A DNA stretch of 64,000 bases, taken from contig JBBCGO010000001.1 in assembly GCA_037200925.1 (NCBI GenBank), positions 824,235-888,234 of the forward strand. Reading direction: 5' to 3'. Positions 1-9,528 of this stretch are shown piece after piece. The notes under the pieces are model-generated. The model was not told the DNA's origin. It saw only the letters and a program-made list of their open reading frames with translations, and did not search any database. Position 1 is the stretch's first letter. Every line of letters starts with the position of its first letter. This DNA comes from Candidatus Doudnabacteria bacterium (GTDB taxonomy: Bacteria; Patescibacteriota; Doudnabacteria; UBA920; O2-02-FULL-48-8). A program made the translations under genes and the position numbers.

Positions 1-572
1 GAGGTTGGCAAGAATATTATCAGACGACAAAAAATAACCCGACGTCTGAATTGTTAGTAAGAGCAGCGTCTTTTGTAAATGAAAAAGACGCTGCTTTAGA
101 TTTGGGAGCAGGAGCACTTAAGGATAGCAAATATTTACTATCAATCGGTTTTAATAAAGTCGTCGCTGTTGACCAAGAGACTATTCCTGAAGAATTAGTG
201 AAGCCACTCTCTAAGGATCGTTTTGAGTTCGTGCAATCCAGTTTTGATAAATATAATTTTCCGAAAGATTTTTTCGATTTGATCAACGCACAATTTTCTT
301 TGCCGTTCAACCCACCAGAAACTTTCCATAAAGTCATGAAATCAATAAAAAATTCTCTCAATACAGGCGGTATTTTTACTGGCCAATTGTTTGGTATAAA
401 TGACGAATGGAAGAAAGATGAAGCAATGACCTTTCATACAAAAGAGCAAGCCTTGGATTATTTTTCAGATATGGAAATTTTGGAATTTACTGAAGTCGAT
501 AAACAGGGCCGCTTGAGCAATGGCCAGTCGAAACATTGGCATTTTTATGCAGTTATCGTCAGAAAGAAATAG
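1..572 (+). CDS. Class I SAM-dependent methyltransferase (TehB-like), 5'-partial
   Basis: ALDLGAGAL SAM motif and C-terminal KHWH motif; frame is open from base 3 (GWQEYYQTTK...), so the start lies upstream of the window. Confidence 0.8.
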   Translation, partial: GWQEYYQTTKNNPTSELLVRAASFVNEKDAALDLGAGALKDSKYLLSIGFNKVVAVDQETIPEELVKPLSKDRFEFVQSSFDKYNFPKDFFDLINAQFSLPFNPPETFHKVMKSIKNSLNTGGIFTGQLFGINDEWKKDEAMTFHTKEQALDYFSDMEILEFTEVDKQGRLSNGQSKHWHFYAVIVRKK

Positions 573-616
573 AAATAAAAAATACCAGTTATCTGGGATT
601 TTTTAACTTTAAATAT

Positions 617-994
617 TTATATCAACATGGCCACGATGGCGACAGTAAGACCGATCAAAGCGGCATACAAGGTGATGCGGCTGCCTTTTTGTTTATCCAT
701 CGCTTTCGAAGCATCGTCTGTGATTGCTTGTGTCTGGCCGGCTGGGCCGAAGTTGAAAAGTCCGCGACGCGCAAAACCGGAGCAGAAATGAAAATATGCC
801 TGCAGGAAACCGGACGCTGACATGGTCGCAGGCAAGAAGACAAACAACCGCCACCACGGATTGACCTTGAACCATATAAGCGCAGCCAGCAGTATTACAA
901 CAATTGCAAGACTAACCCAGCCGAGATTTCTCCTTCTGGCTATCTCTGCCGGACCGATATTACATACACCAGGAACATATTCTGATTGAGTCAT
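617..994 (-). CDS. Small membrane protein (YxPGxCNIGxxE family), function unknown
   Basis: MTQSEYVPGVCNIGPAEIARRR N-terminus and three hydrophobic segments; ATG at 994 preferred. Confidence 0.7.
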   Translation of the reverse strand: MTQSEYVPGVCNIGPAEIARRRNLGWVSLAIVVILLAALIWFKVNPWWRLFVFLPATMSASGFLQAYFHFCSGFARRGLFNFGPAGQTQAITDDASKAMDKQKGSRITLYAALIGLTVAIVAMLI

Positions 995-1113
995 ATGATT
1001 ATAGATTACCAAAAAAACCATCTGACGCCAATCTGACCTCTTGAAATCCTGAGCAAAATCTGTTAAAATTGCTCTGCGTTCGGGCGTAGCTCAGCGGTAG
1101 AGCAGCTGACTGT

Positions 1114-1670
1114 GAACAAGTTCTTAAAGGCGGCATAAAGGTCTTATTTATGCCAAAATCTAATAGAACATATTCCGACCGTTCTCAATATATAATCCAA
1201 GCTGTGACCAAACGCCGTAAAAAGCTTCGGGAGATGGCAAGGACATATAAAGGCGGTAAGTGTATGATCTGTGGTTATGATCGTTACTTGGGTGCATTGG
1301 ACTTTCATCATCTTGATCCTTCCAAGAAAAAATTTGGTATTTCCATGAATGGACTCACTAAATCTTGGGAAAAGATTAGGATTGAGTTGGATAAATGTAT
1401 TCTGATTTGCGCCAATTGCCACAGGGAATTACATGCAGGAGTATTGCAGCTTCCTGGTGAAAGCCAGGTTGAAAAACGAGGTGAATTCGGGGAAGTCCAA
1501 TCTTCTGAAAAGTTGTTGGATAATCCCGAGCCAAGCGCAGACAATTTGTCTGTGAAGGTGTAGAGACTATCCCGACAGGGAGTAGTCCTTGCAGGAATGC
1601 AAGGCCGAAGCGCCTCGGACCTTAAACGGTTATGATATAGTCCATACTAAAGGTAACTTTAGATAAAATG
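1114..1670 (+). mobile_element. Group I self-splicing intron (IA-like, P7.1/P7.2) in the anticodon at position 35/36
   Basis: U before 5' splice site, terminal G1670; P3 CGAGGTG(1477)/CGCCTCG(1611); P4 TTCGGG/CCCGAG; P7 GACTA(1565)/TAGTC(1638); GATATAGTCC element; P9 CTAAAG-GTAA-CTTTAG. Confidence 0.9.
1150..1563 (+). CDS. Intron-encoded HNH homing endonuclease
   Basis: GGKCMICGY...LDFHH...KCILICANCHRELH (Zn-binding HNH pattern); lies inside the intron. Confidence 0.85.
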   Translation: MPKSNRTYSDRSQYIIQAVTKRRKKLREMARTYKGGKCMICGYDRYLGALDFHHLDPSKKKFGISMNGLTKSWEKIRIELDKCILICANCHRELHAGVLQLPGESQVEKRGEFGEVQSSEKLLDNPEPSADNLSVKV

Positions 1671-1714
1671 TAATCAGCGGGTCGCTGGTTCGAATCCAGC
1701 CGCCCGAGCCAAAA

Positions 1715-1750
1715 GAAAATTGCCGACCTTGTGTCGGCGATTTTCTTTTT
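1715..1750 (+). terminator. Intrinsic terminator after tRNA
   Basis: TTGCCGAC-CTTGT-GTCGGCGA hairpin followed by T-run. Confidence 0.75.
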
Positions 1751-1823
1751 GAGTGAGGCAAGTCTTCAAGACCCCATCTTTTAAAGACGGGGCCTTGTTT
1801 GCTTTTCAATCTCAGATCTGAAA

Positions 1824-3965
1824 TTATCTGACCTGATTGACAGTGAACTGGGCCTGGCCCGATGTCACGACCATGGAGCCGATCGCCTTATTGACGATCG
1901 ATTTGAGGTTTGCATTAATTTCGCAGATGCTCTCCTGGACTTCCCCCGGTCTGATAATCGCGTTTATCCCGTCGGTGTAGATGATGAGAGCGGTTACGTC
2001 TGTTGGCCCTGGTACGTAGCTTGCATGCGCGTTCGCATCATTGATCATCTGCTGCGCCGCAGTACTGATGCCGAACTGAGGACTCGGATCCCCAACTAGC
2101 GCCCAGATAGCTGTCTGCACATCCTTCACAAAATCGAGGTCGGATTTACCGGCTCCGCGGATCTTGTGGTTGAGCGTGTAGTTGACCTTGTTCCAGGCCA
2201 GAACAGCGACATCGGCAGGCAAACTACCGGCAGTAGTCGAGTACAGATGCGCTGACTGGTTGTGCAGGTCAGTGGGCACGCCATCCTGTATGCACCAGCA
2301 CTTATAGGTGCTGTCGGGCACATTGGCACCGGCACCCGTGATAGCAGTGTCTTGCGAGCTATTGGCGAATCCCAGCCAGGCCCCGGTGTTTATGTTCGCC
2401 GTGACCCCCTGTATCCAGTTCGTCACGCTACCCAGATCAGAGGCCTGCGTAACGTAGTTCTTCGTGCAGGTGAAGGTCGCGCCAGGAAGTATGATCGTCG
2501 CTATTGATCCGCAGGTAAATGTACCGAGTTTGTCATCGTTAATCGTGAATGGGCCGGTAAGCGGCATGTTGCCGTTGTCGGTCAACGCATAGGTATAGAC
2601 AATCGTCTGGCCGGCGGCAGAGTAAGTAATCGGGTTCGCCGACTTGTTCAGTGACAGGCTGAATGCAGGGGGGACTTGTACGACTAGGGAATTAGCGACC
2701 GTGCAGGTGGCCTGACTGCCAGCCACGACAGAAACCGAAGAGCAGGTGCTGGAGTTCTGTGTCCAGCCGGCCTGCGGGGTTTCCGTGATGGAATACGTTC
2801 CGGGCATGACCGCGGAGAACGTTTTTGTACCGCTGTTGGCAGTCGTGGTGATGACAAAGCTCGTGTTGCCCGGTATATTGCTGGTGAAGTTGAATGTGCC
2901 GTCAACGCCGCTGGTTGTCTTTGTGACTACCAGCGTCCCGGTTGTGGGAGGAGGAGTGCCTGGGCACGATGATGGGTTAAATGTGTCTGCGGCAGTCGTC
3001 ACGGTTCCGCCAAATGCCAAGGCCCGGCCATTCCATGTTACTTGGTTGCCTACGGTAATAGCCGTACCAATGACAGTTCCTGCAAACGTCGAGTTGGCGC
3101 CAAGGGTAGTGGCCCCAGTTGGGGTCCAAAACACATCGCAGACTGTTGCGCCGGGTGAAAATGTGACGGAAGAGGCGGCTGTAGTATTAAGCGCGCCAAC
3201 CATCCGAAAGAGGTATTGTCCGCTACCCCTAATGGTAATTCCCGGTGCTCCTACTGAAGCCGCGCCTGTAATACAATAGACTCCGGGTTCTAGCGGTTGC
3301 GGTAGTGCACTTAGGACAGTGGCAGCACCAAAATTGAAATCACAGGGTTGATCATTCAAGATCGCCAAAGCAGCGGCCTGATCTGCGCCTGCTTGGAGAT
3401 AAACTGGGTCAGGGGCCACGTAGGTTGTGCCATTCACTACGGGTGACATGGCGGGCGGGACAGTGTATCCTAGGTTTCCATTGATAATAGTTCCTGGTGC
3501 CGCGTTGGCCAAGGTACCGGTCAGAACCCTGAATGTGGCCGCAGCCCCAAGAGACGGAGGAAGCGTGGGGGGTATATCGTCATTGGTGACAGTGCAGGTT
3601 TTGGTCTCGAATGGGGACAAGGTGCCTGTGCAGTCAGCGGAAAAAGTGGCGGTATAGCTGGAAGGACCCGTTTCAATCACGCTGTAAAAAGAGTCATCCT
3701 GGATAGTGACTAAAACTCCCGGTGATTCTACGCCAGGGAAAGTAGTGGGCGTCCCAATAACTCCATTAACCGTCATTGTGAAATCAGAGGCAACCGCAGT
3801 GCCGCCGTTATCATTTATGACGTGTTTAATGACATTCAGAAAAGCTGGGGGTTGAAATGCAGCTTCCGCAGGGATAAGCCTTGCAAGACCGAATAAAATG
3901 GGCAGAACTAAGACGGCTAGTGCAACTGCCATTGCACTCTTTTTAAGAATTATGGTTTTACTCAT
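1824..3965 (-). CDS. Secreted multidomain adhesin: CnaB/prealbumin-like, ice-binding-like (DUF3494), DUF7507-like and thioester (TED-like) domains
   Basis: N-terminal signal; VIKHVINDNGGT..CTVTNDD Ig domain; LGAAATFRVL..PGVYC..VFW..GRALA ice-binding-type beta-helix; WCIQ, VQTAIW and late Gln motifs. Confidence 0.75.
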   Translation of the reverse strand: MSKTIILKKSAMAVALAVLVLPILFGLARLIPAEAAFQPPAFLNVIKHVINDNGGTAVASDFTMTVNGVIGTPTTFPGVESPGVLVTIQDDSFYSVIETGPSSYTATFSADCTGTLSPFETKTCTVTNDDIPPTLPPSLGAAATFRVLTGTLANAAPGTIINGNLGYTVPPAMSPVVNGTTYVAPDPVYLQAGADQAAALAILNDQPCDFNFGAATVLSALPQPLEPGVYCITGAASVGAPGITIRGSGQYLFRMVGALNTTAASSVTFSPGATVCDVFWTPTGATTLGANSTFAGTVIGTAITVGNQVTWNGRALAFGGTVTTAADTFNPSSCPGTPPPTTGTLVVTKTTSGVDGTFNFTSNIPGNTSFVITTTANSGTKTFSAVMPGTYSITETPQAGWTQNSSTCSSVSVVAGSQATCTVANSLVVQVPPAFSLSLNKSANPITYSAAGQTIVYTYALTDNGNMPLTGPFTINDDKLGTFTCGSIATIILPGATFTCTKNYVTQASDLGSVTNWIQGVTANINTGAWLGFANSSQDTAITGAGANVPDSTYKCWCIQDGVPTDLHNQSAHLYSTTAGSLPADVAVLAWNKVNYTLNHKIRGAGKSDLDFVKDVQTAIWALVGDPSPQFGISTAAQQMINDANAHASYVPGPTDVTALIIYTDGINAIIRPGEVQESICEINANLKSIVNKAIGSMVVTSGQAQFTVNQVR

Positions 3966-4312
3966 TGTTATATGTGTTTATTAATGATTCAAAGGCAAAG
4001 TTTGTATTAATGATTGATTTGACGAATTGTTTATAAATTCAAGTACAGTCGACACTATACTTCGTCGAAAATTAAGCTCTCCTTATCTACTATACTTGTA
4101 TGCTATATGCGGCGGTAAGTAATAGATATGGATGATCCCACAAGATTAACCCCTATTTTGACCGAAAGGTGTCTAAAAGATCTTTCTAAATTGCTACTTC
4201 TTCTTTTTTACATAATAAGTTCTAATATCATCCACGATTCGGAGCCCACAAAATAGATTAGCGTGCGCTTACGTTTTTTGTTATTATAGATGTATTAAAT
4301 TAACAGATTTTT

Positions 4313-4723
4313 ATGGCAGAAATAAAGACTAAGGCCACGAAGGCCAGTGTTATGGAATTTCTTAAATCGGTCAAACCTGAAGATAAACAAAAGGATGGTT
4401 TGGCTTTGCTGAAAATGTTCAAAAAAATTACGGGCGAGAAACCCGTGATGTGGGGGACGAGTATTGTGGGCTTCGGGAAATATCATTATAAATCCGTGAG
4501 CAGTGAGGGTGAGTGGTTTGAAGTAGGGTTCTCGCCTCGAAAGCAAAATCTGACTCTGTATATCCTGGCGTGGAAGCAGGAAAATCCGGCGCTGGCTAAA
4601 TTAGGAAAGTATAAAAGAGGCGGTGGATGTCTGTACGTCAACCGCCTTTCTGATGTGGACGAGAAAGTCTTGGCCTCACTCATCAAAACTGTATATACGC
4701 ATAGGAAGAAAATTCATCAATAG
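4313..4723 (+). CDS. DUF1801 (YdhG-like) protein
   Basis: MWGTSIVGFGKYHYK..GFSPRK..LGKYKRGGGCLYV pattern. Confidence 0.85.
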   Translation: MAEIKTKATKASVMEFLKSVKPEDKQKDGLALLKMFKKITGEKPVMWGTSIVGFGKYHYKSVSSEGEWFEVGFSPRKQNLTLYILAWKQENPALAKLGKYKRGGGCLYVNRLSDVDEKVLASLIKTVYTHRKKIHQ

Positions 4724-4795
4724 TAAAGGCTAGAGTAATTTGCTATAATATTTATGTAAAAAGGTCGAAGGTTAAGAAATCAAAAACACAATTTT

Positions 4796-5176
4796 ATGGA
4801 CTCTACAATTGTTTTGGCCAGAATCGTCGGCATCATGTCCCTGCTGGTTGGCTTGTCATTCATGAATAAAAGTTATATCACAGCCATCGTCGATGACATA
4901 GTAAATAGCAAGGGATTACTTTGGTTTGTGGGTTTTGTCATGGCTATTCTGGGAGCTCTCATGCTGGCGGGTTACAGCACCTGGAGCTTTCATTGGCCGG
5001 TACTGATTACTATCTGGGGCTGGTTGGCTCTCATCAAAGGCACGGTCATCATGTTGTTTCCGACATCATGGCTTTCATGGTACAGGAAGGTTAAGTCCAG
5101 CGGCATCATGATGGTTACCGGTGTGGTCCCAATTATCTTCGGAATTATTTTGCTATATAAGGGTTTTATGGGGTAA
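4796..5176 (+). CDS. Small integral membrane protein
   Basis: Four hydrophobic helices, ITIWGWLALIKG motif. Confidence 0.75.
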   Translation: MDSTIVLARIVGIMSLLVGLSFMNKSYITAIVDDIVNSKGLLWFVGFVMAILGALMLAGYSTWSFHWPVLITIWGWLALIKGTVIMLFPTSWLSWYRKVKSSGIMMVTGVVPIIFGIILLYKGFMG

Positions 5177-5282
5177 CAGTTCTTATATTGTTCACAAAAG
5201 ACATTAGCGAAAGCTAGTGTTAAAGAAAAAACCCCAATCTTGTATTGGAGTTTTTTTATTTCTGTTGGCAGGATTCGCTTTT

Positions 5283-5438
5283 TTATTTGAATGCAAAAGA
5301 CATCAACACGATTGTTAAGGCATTAAGAACCACTAACGCTATTACTGTTTTTGAACGCGCGGGAAAGGGCTTGATTAAAATATAGATCGTATAGATTATT
5401 GCAACAATCGCCGCACCAATAAAATTTCCTTTTACCAT
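5283..5438 (-). CDS. 51-aa two-helix membrane peptide (below the ORF-track cutoff)
   Basis: MVKGNFIGAAIVAIIYTIYILIKPFPARSKTVIALVVLNALTIVLMSFAFK*, directly downstream of the peptidase gene. Confidence 0.55.
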   Translation of the reverse strand: MVKGNFIGAAIVAIIYTIYILIKPFPARSKTVIALVVLNALTIVLMSFAFK

Positions 5439-5457
5439 ATTTTTATAATGAGGTTAA

Positions 5458-6318
5458 TTAAGGCTGGCCCAGTAAGGCAATATCTTTGGGTCCTGCTAAA
5501 GTTGCCAGGAATTCAGTATCCGCATACGCCATATACAAATGCGGTTCGCCTAAGACCACTACAATATACTGTTTAGTTTGATATTTCAGAACCGTGGCAA
5601 GATTGTAGTGTGACTCCGGAAGATAGCCGGTCTTGCTGCCGACCAGATCAACCACAGAACTGGCCAGAAGAGTATCGCTGTTCGTTATCATTTGGTTGTA
5701 TTTGGAATTGTTTAGCGAGACCAGGTTATAGTCGGACTTCTGGGCAATCGTGCTCAAGTAGGGGTTGTTGAAGGCCTCAGCAACAATTTTCCCATAATCT
5801 GCCGCAGTGATCTTATTATCCGGATCCATTCCCGTCGGTTCATAAAAACGACTGTTGGCAGCCCCCAATGCTTTGGCTTTAGCGTTCATTTTTTTGGCAA
5901 ATTGTGATGTCGATAATCCGGTACTGCGGGCCAAAGCATTCGCTGCATTGTTTGCGGACTTTATGATGACTGCATTGAAAAGGCCATCTAAAGTGAATTT
6001 CACGCCGGAGGCAGACTTGATGCAAACTCCTCCGTTGCTGCACTGACCCGCAGTTTGATCGGCTTTGGCCATCGTTACGGATTTAGAAAGATTGGGTTTG
6101 GTATCGAGAACCACCAGGGCTGTAATAAGCTTGGTTAAGGATGCGGCAGTCCAAGCTAGATCAGGATTTTCCGCAGCTACCACCAGCTTGGTATCAGCAT
6201 CGATGATGACATATGCTTTTGCAGTGACGCCGCCGGAGGTCTGGGCCGAAGCAAAATGGGGAAGAATTGAGGCGATAACTATAGCTAAGACAATGATTTT
6301 TTGTTTAATGTGATTCAT
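5458..6318 (-). CDS. D-alanyl-D-alanine carboxypeptidase/endopeptidase (peptidase S11)
   Basis: SxxK (ASLTK), SxN (SAN) and KTG motifs; signal peptide. Confidence 0.9.
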   Translation of the reverse strand: MNHIKQKIIVLAIVIASILPHFASAQTSGGVTAKAYVIIDADTKLVVAAENPDLAWTAASLTKLITALVVLDTKPNLSKSVTMAKADQTAGQCSNGGVCIKSASGVKFTLDGLFNAVIIKSANNAANALARSTGLSTSQFAKKMNAKAKALGAANSRFYEPTGMDPDNKITAADYGKIVAEAFNNPYLSTIAQKSDYNLVSLNNSKYNQMITNSDTLLASSVVDLVGSKTGYLPESHYNLATVLKYQTKQYIVVVLGEPHLYMAYADTEFLATLAGPKDIALLGQP

Positions 6319-6500
6319 GGCTGCAAGTATTATACTCTGAATTTAATTATTTACCCAAGCAATCCAGCATCCCGAGCTTTTATAAAATAATTTAATAAAA
6401 AAACAGGCTACGCGAGCGCGCAACCTGCCCTTGCTCAAAAATAGACCTCAATTAAGGCACCAAGCCCCGCGGTAAAGCCCATCAGTCCCCCTGGTAGTTT

Positions 6501-7094
6501 TTAGGGTGTGCAGCCATCGTCGATCCCTCTGGCGCCGTTTGCCAAGAGCAAACGCTTTGAGAGGCGACAGCCTGGGGTTAAGTCGAAATCCTTGTACTCG
6601 TAGTTGGGAGCCAGCAGTTTGACGATCCATACAAAAGTTTCGTCATGAGCGTTGTTGCCAAAACCCCACTGCTGATAGTGGAGAAGGTGAGCGACCTCAT
6701 GCGGAATGACCAATTTGAGGTGATCATCATGGTAGGTGAAAAACATCACCTCGTTGAGATGGATTTCAAACCGACCTGGCTCGCCGCGAGACATCGCAAC
6801 CTCGATGGGCTTCAGCGAATCCCAATAGACAGTCAACTTGACCCGAGGCAGGCGGTAAGCTTTTTGTCCTTTGAGAAAAAGTTGCGCGGACAGTTTTTCC
6901 GCTTCGGTTTTGAACTTCTGTCTAGTTTGAGCGCTCGCGCCGGGAGCCTCTGCCAAGGCGAGGGCTAACTCCTCACGAAAAACTTGTTTCCCGGCAGGTG
7001 TTGCGATTTCGAAATCCGGGTCGAGCAGCTTTTGCTCAGGGGTCGGAATCAAACTGATCTGGCCCAGAAGAATAATTGTTAAGAAGCACCGCAC
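6501..7094 (-). CDS. SprT-like zinc metalloprotease
   Basis: PHEVAH...AHDETF motif; GTG start at 7094 behind AAGGAGG. Confidence 0.7.
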   Translation of the reverse strand: MRCFLTIILLGQISLIPTPEQKLLDPDFEIATPAGKQVFREELALALAEAPGASAQTRQKFKTEAEKLSAQLFLKGQKAYRLPRVKLTVYWDSLKPIEVAMSRGEPGRFEIHLNEVMFFTYHDDHLKLVIPHEVAHLLHYQQWGFGNNAHDETFVWIVKLLAPNYEYKDFDLTPGCRLSKRLLLANGARGIDDGCTP

Positions 7095-7263
7095 ACATTC
7101 CTCCTTGGTTATTGCTGAAGCGCAGGTCACTGGCTCTTTAAAGTCTACAGGTTCAGACCAACTACTATATCAGTATTTAATAATTTTGTAAATAGCGGTT
7201 GTAATCTATTCTGCAGGCTTAGGGTCAGTTCATCCCTTGACAAGGATATTGCCGCAGTATATC

Positions 7264-7283
7264 ATTCAACCATATGGTTGAAT
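7264..7283. promoter_or_regulatory. Perfect 20-bp palindrome, probable ArsR autoregulatory operator
   Basis: ATTCAACCATATGGTTGAAT overlapping the ArsR start codon, just after a TTGACA..TATCAT promoter. Confidence 0.75.
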
Positions 7284-7627
7284 ATACTATTTCATTAGAT
7301 AATATCTTTCATTCATTGGCCGATGAAACCAGGCGGGATATACTGCGGCGCGTAGCGAAGAAGACGCTGTCGGTCGGGCAGATTGCCAAGCATTATGGTA
7401 TGACTTTTGCCGGGATATCGAAGCATCTTAAAGTCCTTGAGAAGGCGAGGCTTATCAGTAAGCACAAGCAGGGCAAAGAGCATATTGTGTCGATCCATCC
7501 AATTGCTTTTAAGAACGCTTCGGAGTATATTAGCCAATACCAGAAGATTTGGGAGCGCCGCCTCGACAGGTTAGGGGCTTTGCTTGAAGTCGAAACCAGG
7601 AAGATTAAAGGAAGAAGAAAGCTATGA
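7274..7627 (+). CDS. ArsR/SmtB family regulator
   Basis: FHSLADETRRDIL...ISKHLKVLEKARLI HTH. Confidence 0.9.
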   Translation: MVEYTISLDNIFHSLADETRRDILRRVAKKTLSVGQIAKHYGMTFAGISKHLKVLEKARLISKHKQGKEHIVSIHPIAFKNASEYISQYQKIWERRLDRLGALLEVETRKIKGRRKL

Positions 7628-7932
7628 CTCAAAAAATTTCTGGAGGTGTAGTTCATAAAATGCCATCAGATTTGCGAAAAGTTCTTGTATCCGACAAAGC
7701 AGCGCTAGCGGCGTGGCAGGACCTGACTCCGCTGGCTCGCAATGAATGGATATGCTGGGTGATCTTCGTAAAGCTTGAACAGACGAGAAAGGATCATGTT
7801 AAAAGAGTGATCAGTGAGCTCAAGGAGGGGATGCGCCGGCCCTGCTGCTGGCTCGGTTGTCCTCATCGCAAAGATAAACAGGTAAGCCCTTCTGTGCAAG
7901 CTGTGCTCAATAGAAGATCTAAGAATAAATAA
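7624..7932 (+). CDS. YdeI/OmpD-associated family protein
   Basis: LTPLARNEWICWV...RRPCCWLGCPHR. Confidence 0.8.
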   Translation: MTQKISGGVVHKMPSDLRKVLVSDKAALAAWQDLTPLARNEWICWVIFVKLEQTRKDHVKRVISELKEGMRRPCCWLGCPHRKDKQVSPSVQAVLNRRSKNK

Positions 7933-7955
7933 TATAATTAATTCAAGGAGAATAT

Positions 7956-8441
7956 ATGGCACCGATTAAAGAGGTTGCTTTCGAAAGAACATATGACGCT
8001 CCAGTCGAGCAAGTGTGGCAGGCTTGGACGAAACCGGAAATGCTAAAACAATGGTGGGGTCCGGATAATGTGGTAATTCCTGAATGTGAAGTTGACTTGC
8101 GGGTTGGCGGAAGGTTTTTCATAGTCATGGAGGCCGGAGAAGGTATGGGGGAATACAAAGGTACCAAGTGGCCGATGGAAGCAGAATTCACGGTAGTGGA
8201 GCCAAAATCAAAGCTATCTTATAACGGCAAGGCTTGGGTGGGGGAAGTACAAAATGAAGAAACTGAGATTGACCAAACCACAGAGCTGACATTAACTGAA
8301 GAGAATGGCAAAACGAAGATCAAACTTAAGGCTACAATCAACAAAAGCGGACCAAATGCCCAAATGGCGGTCGAGGGAATGAAGTACGGATTCGATCAAC
8401 AGCTCAATAAGCTAAATAATTTTTTGGCAAAACACAAGTAA
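7956..8441 (+). CDS. SRPBCC (Aha1-like) domain protein
   Basis: ERTYDAPVEQVWQAWTKPEMLKQWWGP..DLRVGG. Confidence 0.9.
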   Translation: MAPIKEVAFERTYDAPVEQVWQAWTKPEMLKQWWGPDNVVIPECEVDLRVGGRFFIVMEAGEGMGEYKGTKWPMEAEFTVVEPKSKLSYNGKAWVGEVQNEETEIDQTTELTLTEENGKTKIKLKATINKSGPNAQMAVEGMKYGFDQQLNKLNNFLAKHK

Positions 8442-8638
8442 ACTGTCATAAAGTTCGCCGGTCGTTGATGTAAGCGAGCTAAGAAAAAGCACCAAATTTG
8501 TGGTGCTTTTTTGTTTCCTGCTTGCCGCTATTGTATCAAATAGTCCTTAAATCAATGGGTTTTCTGCGTCCCCTTGACAAAAGCAAGAAAATGTGCTAAA
8601 ATGTTAAGTTAATACAATTTATTCAGGGATCTCTATAT

Positions 8639-9376
8639 ATGTCTAGAAGTTATACTAAACACTCTAAAATAAGGGCTAAAACACGGAAAGCAAAATCCAG
8701 TTTGCCGTTTTTTCCATTTGCTGTTTCAACGCTCTTAGTTCTAACGCTCATTGTTTCAGCTGTCAGCTATGGTTTCTCCAAAGCATTAGCCATACCGGCT
8801 CCGGTCGTATTTGTCGCGGAGAAGGCCGCAAATCCTGTCCAAGCGAGCGTTCTGGCGGTTCCGGCACCGGCAATTCAGGTTGCTGTAGCCCAGAATTTAC
8901 CTCAAAAAAAGGTTGTTGTTATTCCAAAAACCGCAGAACTACCGGAAGCGCATTTGAAAATTCCATCGATCAATGTTGACGCTGTCATTAAAGATATGGG
9001 CGTGACCACTACCACCGGAGCCATGGCGCTTCCGGGCAATCGATTTGATGTCGGTTGGTATGACTTAGGCACGGTTCCGGGTCAGACGGGGAGCGCTGTT
9101 ATCGGCGGTCACAACTATTGGGATTCCGGAACAGGGGCGTTTGTTAATTTGAATAAGCTGAAAAAAGGCGATGTTCTGTCCGTCGTAGACGCGAGAGGTG
9201 TTTCAACTTCCTTCGTGGTTAGTGACATTCGCACATTTGATGCAAATGATACCAATAGCGGAATATTTCAATCCGTCAGCGGTGTTCATCTTAATCTGAT
9301 CACTTGCAGCGGCACTTGGGATCCGTCAACAAAAAGCTATACCACGCGTTTAGTTGTCTATACAGATGCTGTGTAA
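8639..9376 (+). CDS. Class F sortase
   Basis: LKIPSI, VGWY..PG..GSAVIGGH, LITC..R catalytic residues; N-terminal TM. Confidence 0.85.
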   Translation: MSRSYTKHSKIRAKTRKAKSSLPFFPFAVSTLLVLTLIVSAVSYGFSKALAIPAPVVFVAEKAANPVQASVLAVPAPAIQVAVAQNLPQKKVVVIPKTAELPEAHLKIPSINVDAVIKDMGVTTTTGAMALPGNRFDVGWYDLGTVPGQTGSAVIGGHNYWDSGTGAFVNLNKLKKGDVLSVVDARGVSTSFVVSDIRTFDANDTNSGIFQSVSGVHLNLITCSGTWDPSTKSYTTRLVVYTDAV

Positions 9377-9528
9377 ATTATGAAATATCAAAAAAACACC
9401 ACTGTCAAAAGTGGTGTTTTTTTTTGCACCAAAAATCGGACAAGTTGCGTATAATCAGAGAAATTGGATATAATTAAAACATCATTGCGTGATTAAAAAC
9501 GGCTAAAAATTAAACAAAACTGTCACAT

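Larger units (their letters stand above)
1080..1711 (+). tRNA. tRNA-Asn(GUU), intron-containing (exons 1080-1113 and 1671-1711)
   Basis: Acceptor TCGGGCG/CGCCCGA, D arm GCTC..GAGC, anticodon stem GCTGA/TCAGC with loop CT-GT^T-AA after joining exons, GGTTCGAATCC T arm, discriminator G, encoded CCA. Confidence 0.92.

Noticed and set aside
1105-1120. Unspliced sequence reads CT-GTG-AA like a tRNA-His anticodon loop
   Set aside because: No complementary 3' stem follows; the stem, U1-A72 pair and G73 fit Asn after splicing
4110-4275. Short inverted (TGGATGAT/ATCATCCA) and direct (CCCACAA) repeats with a GAAA hairpin
   Set aside because: Too short to support an RNA or element call
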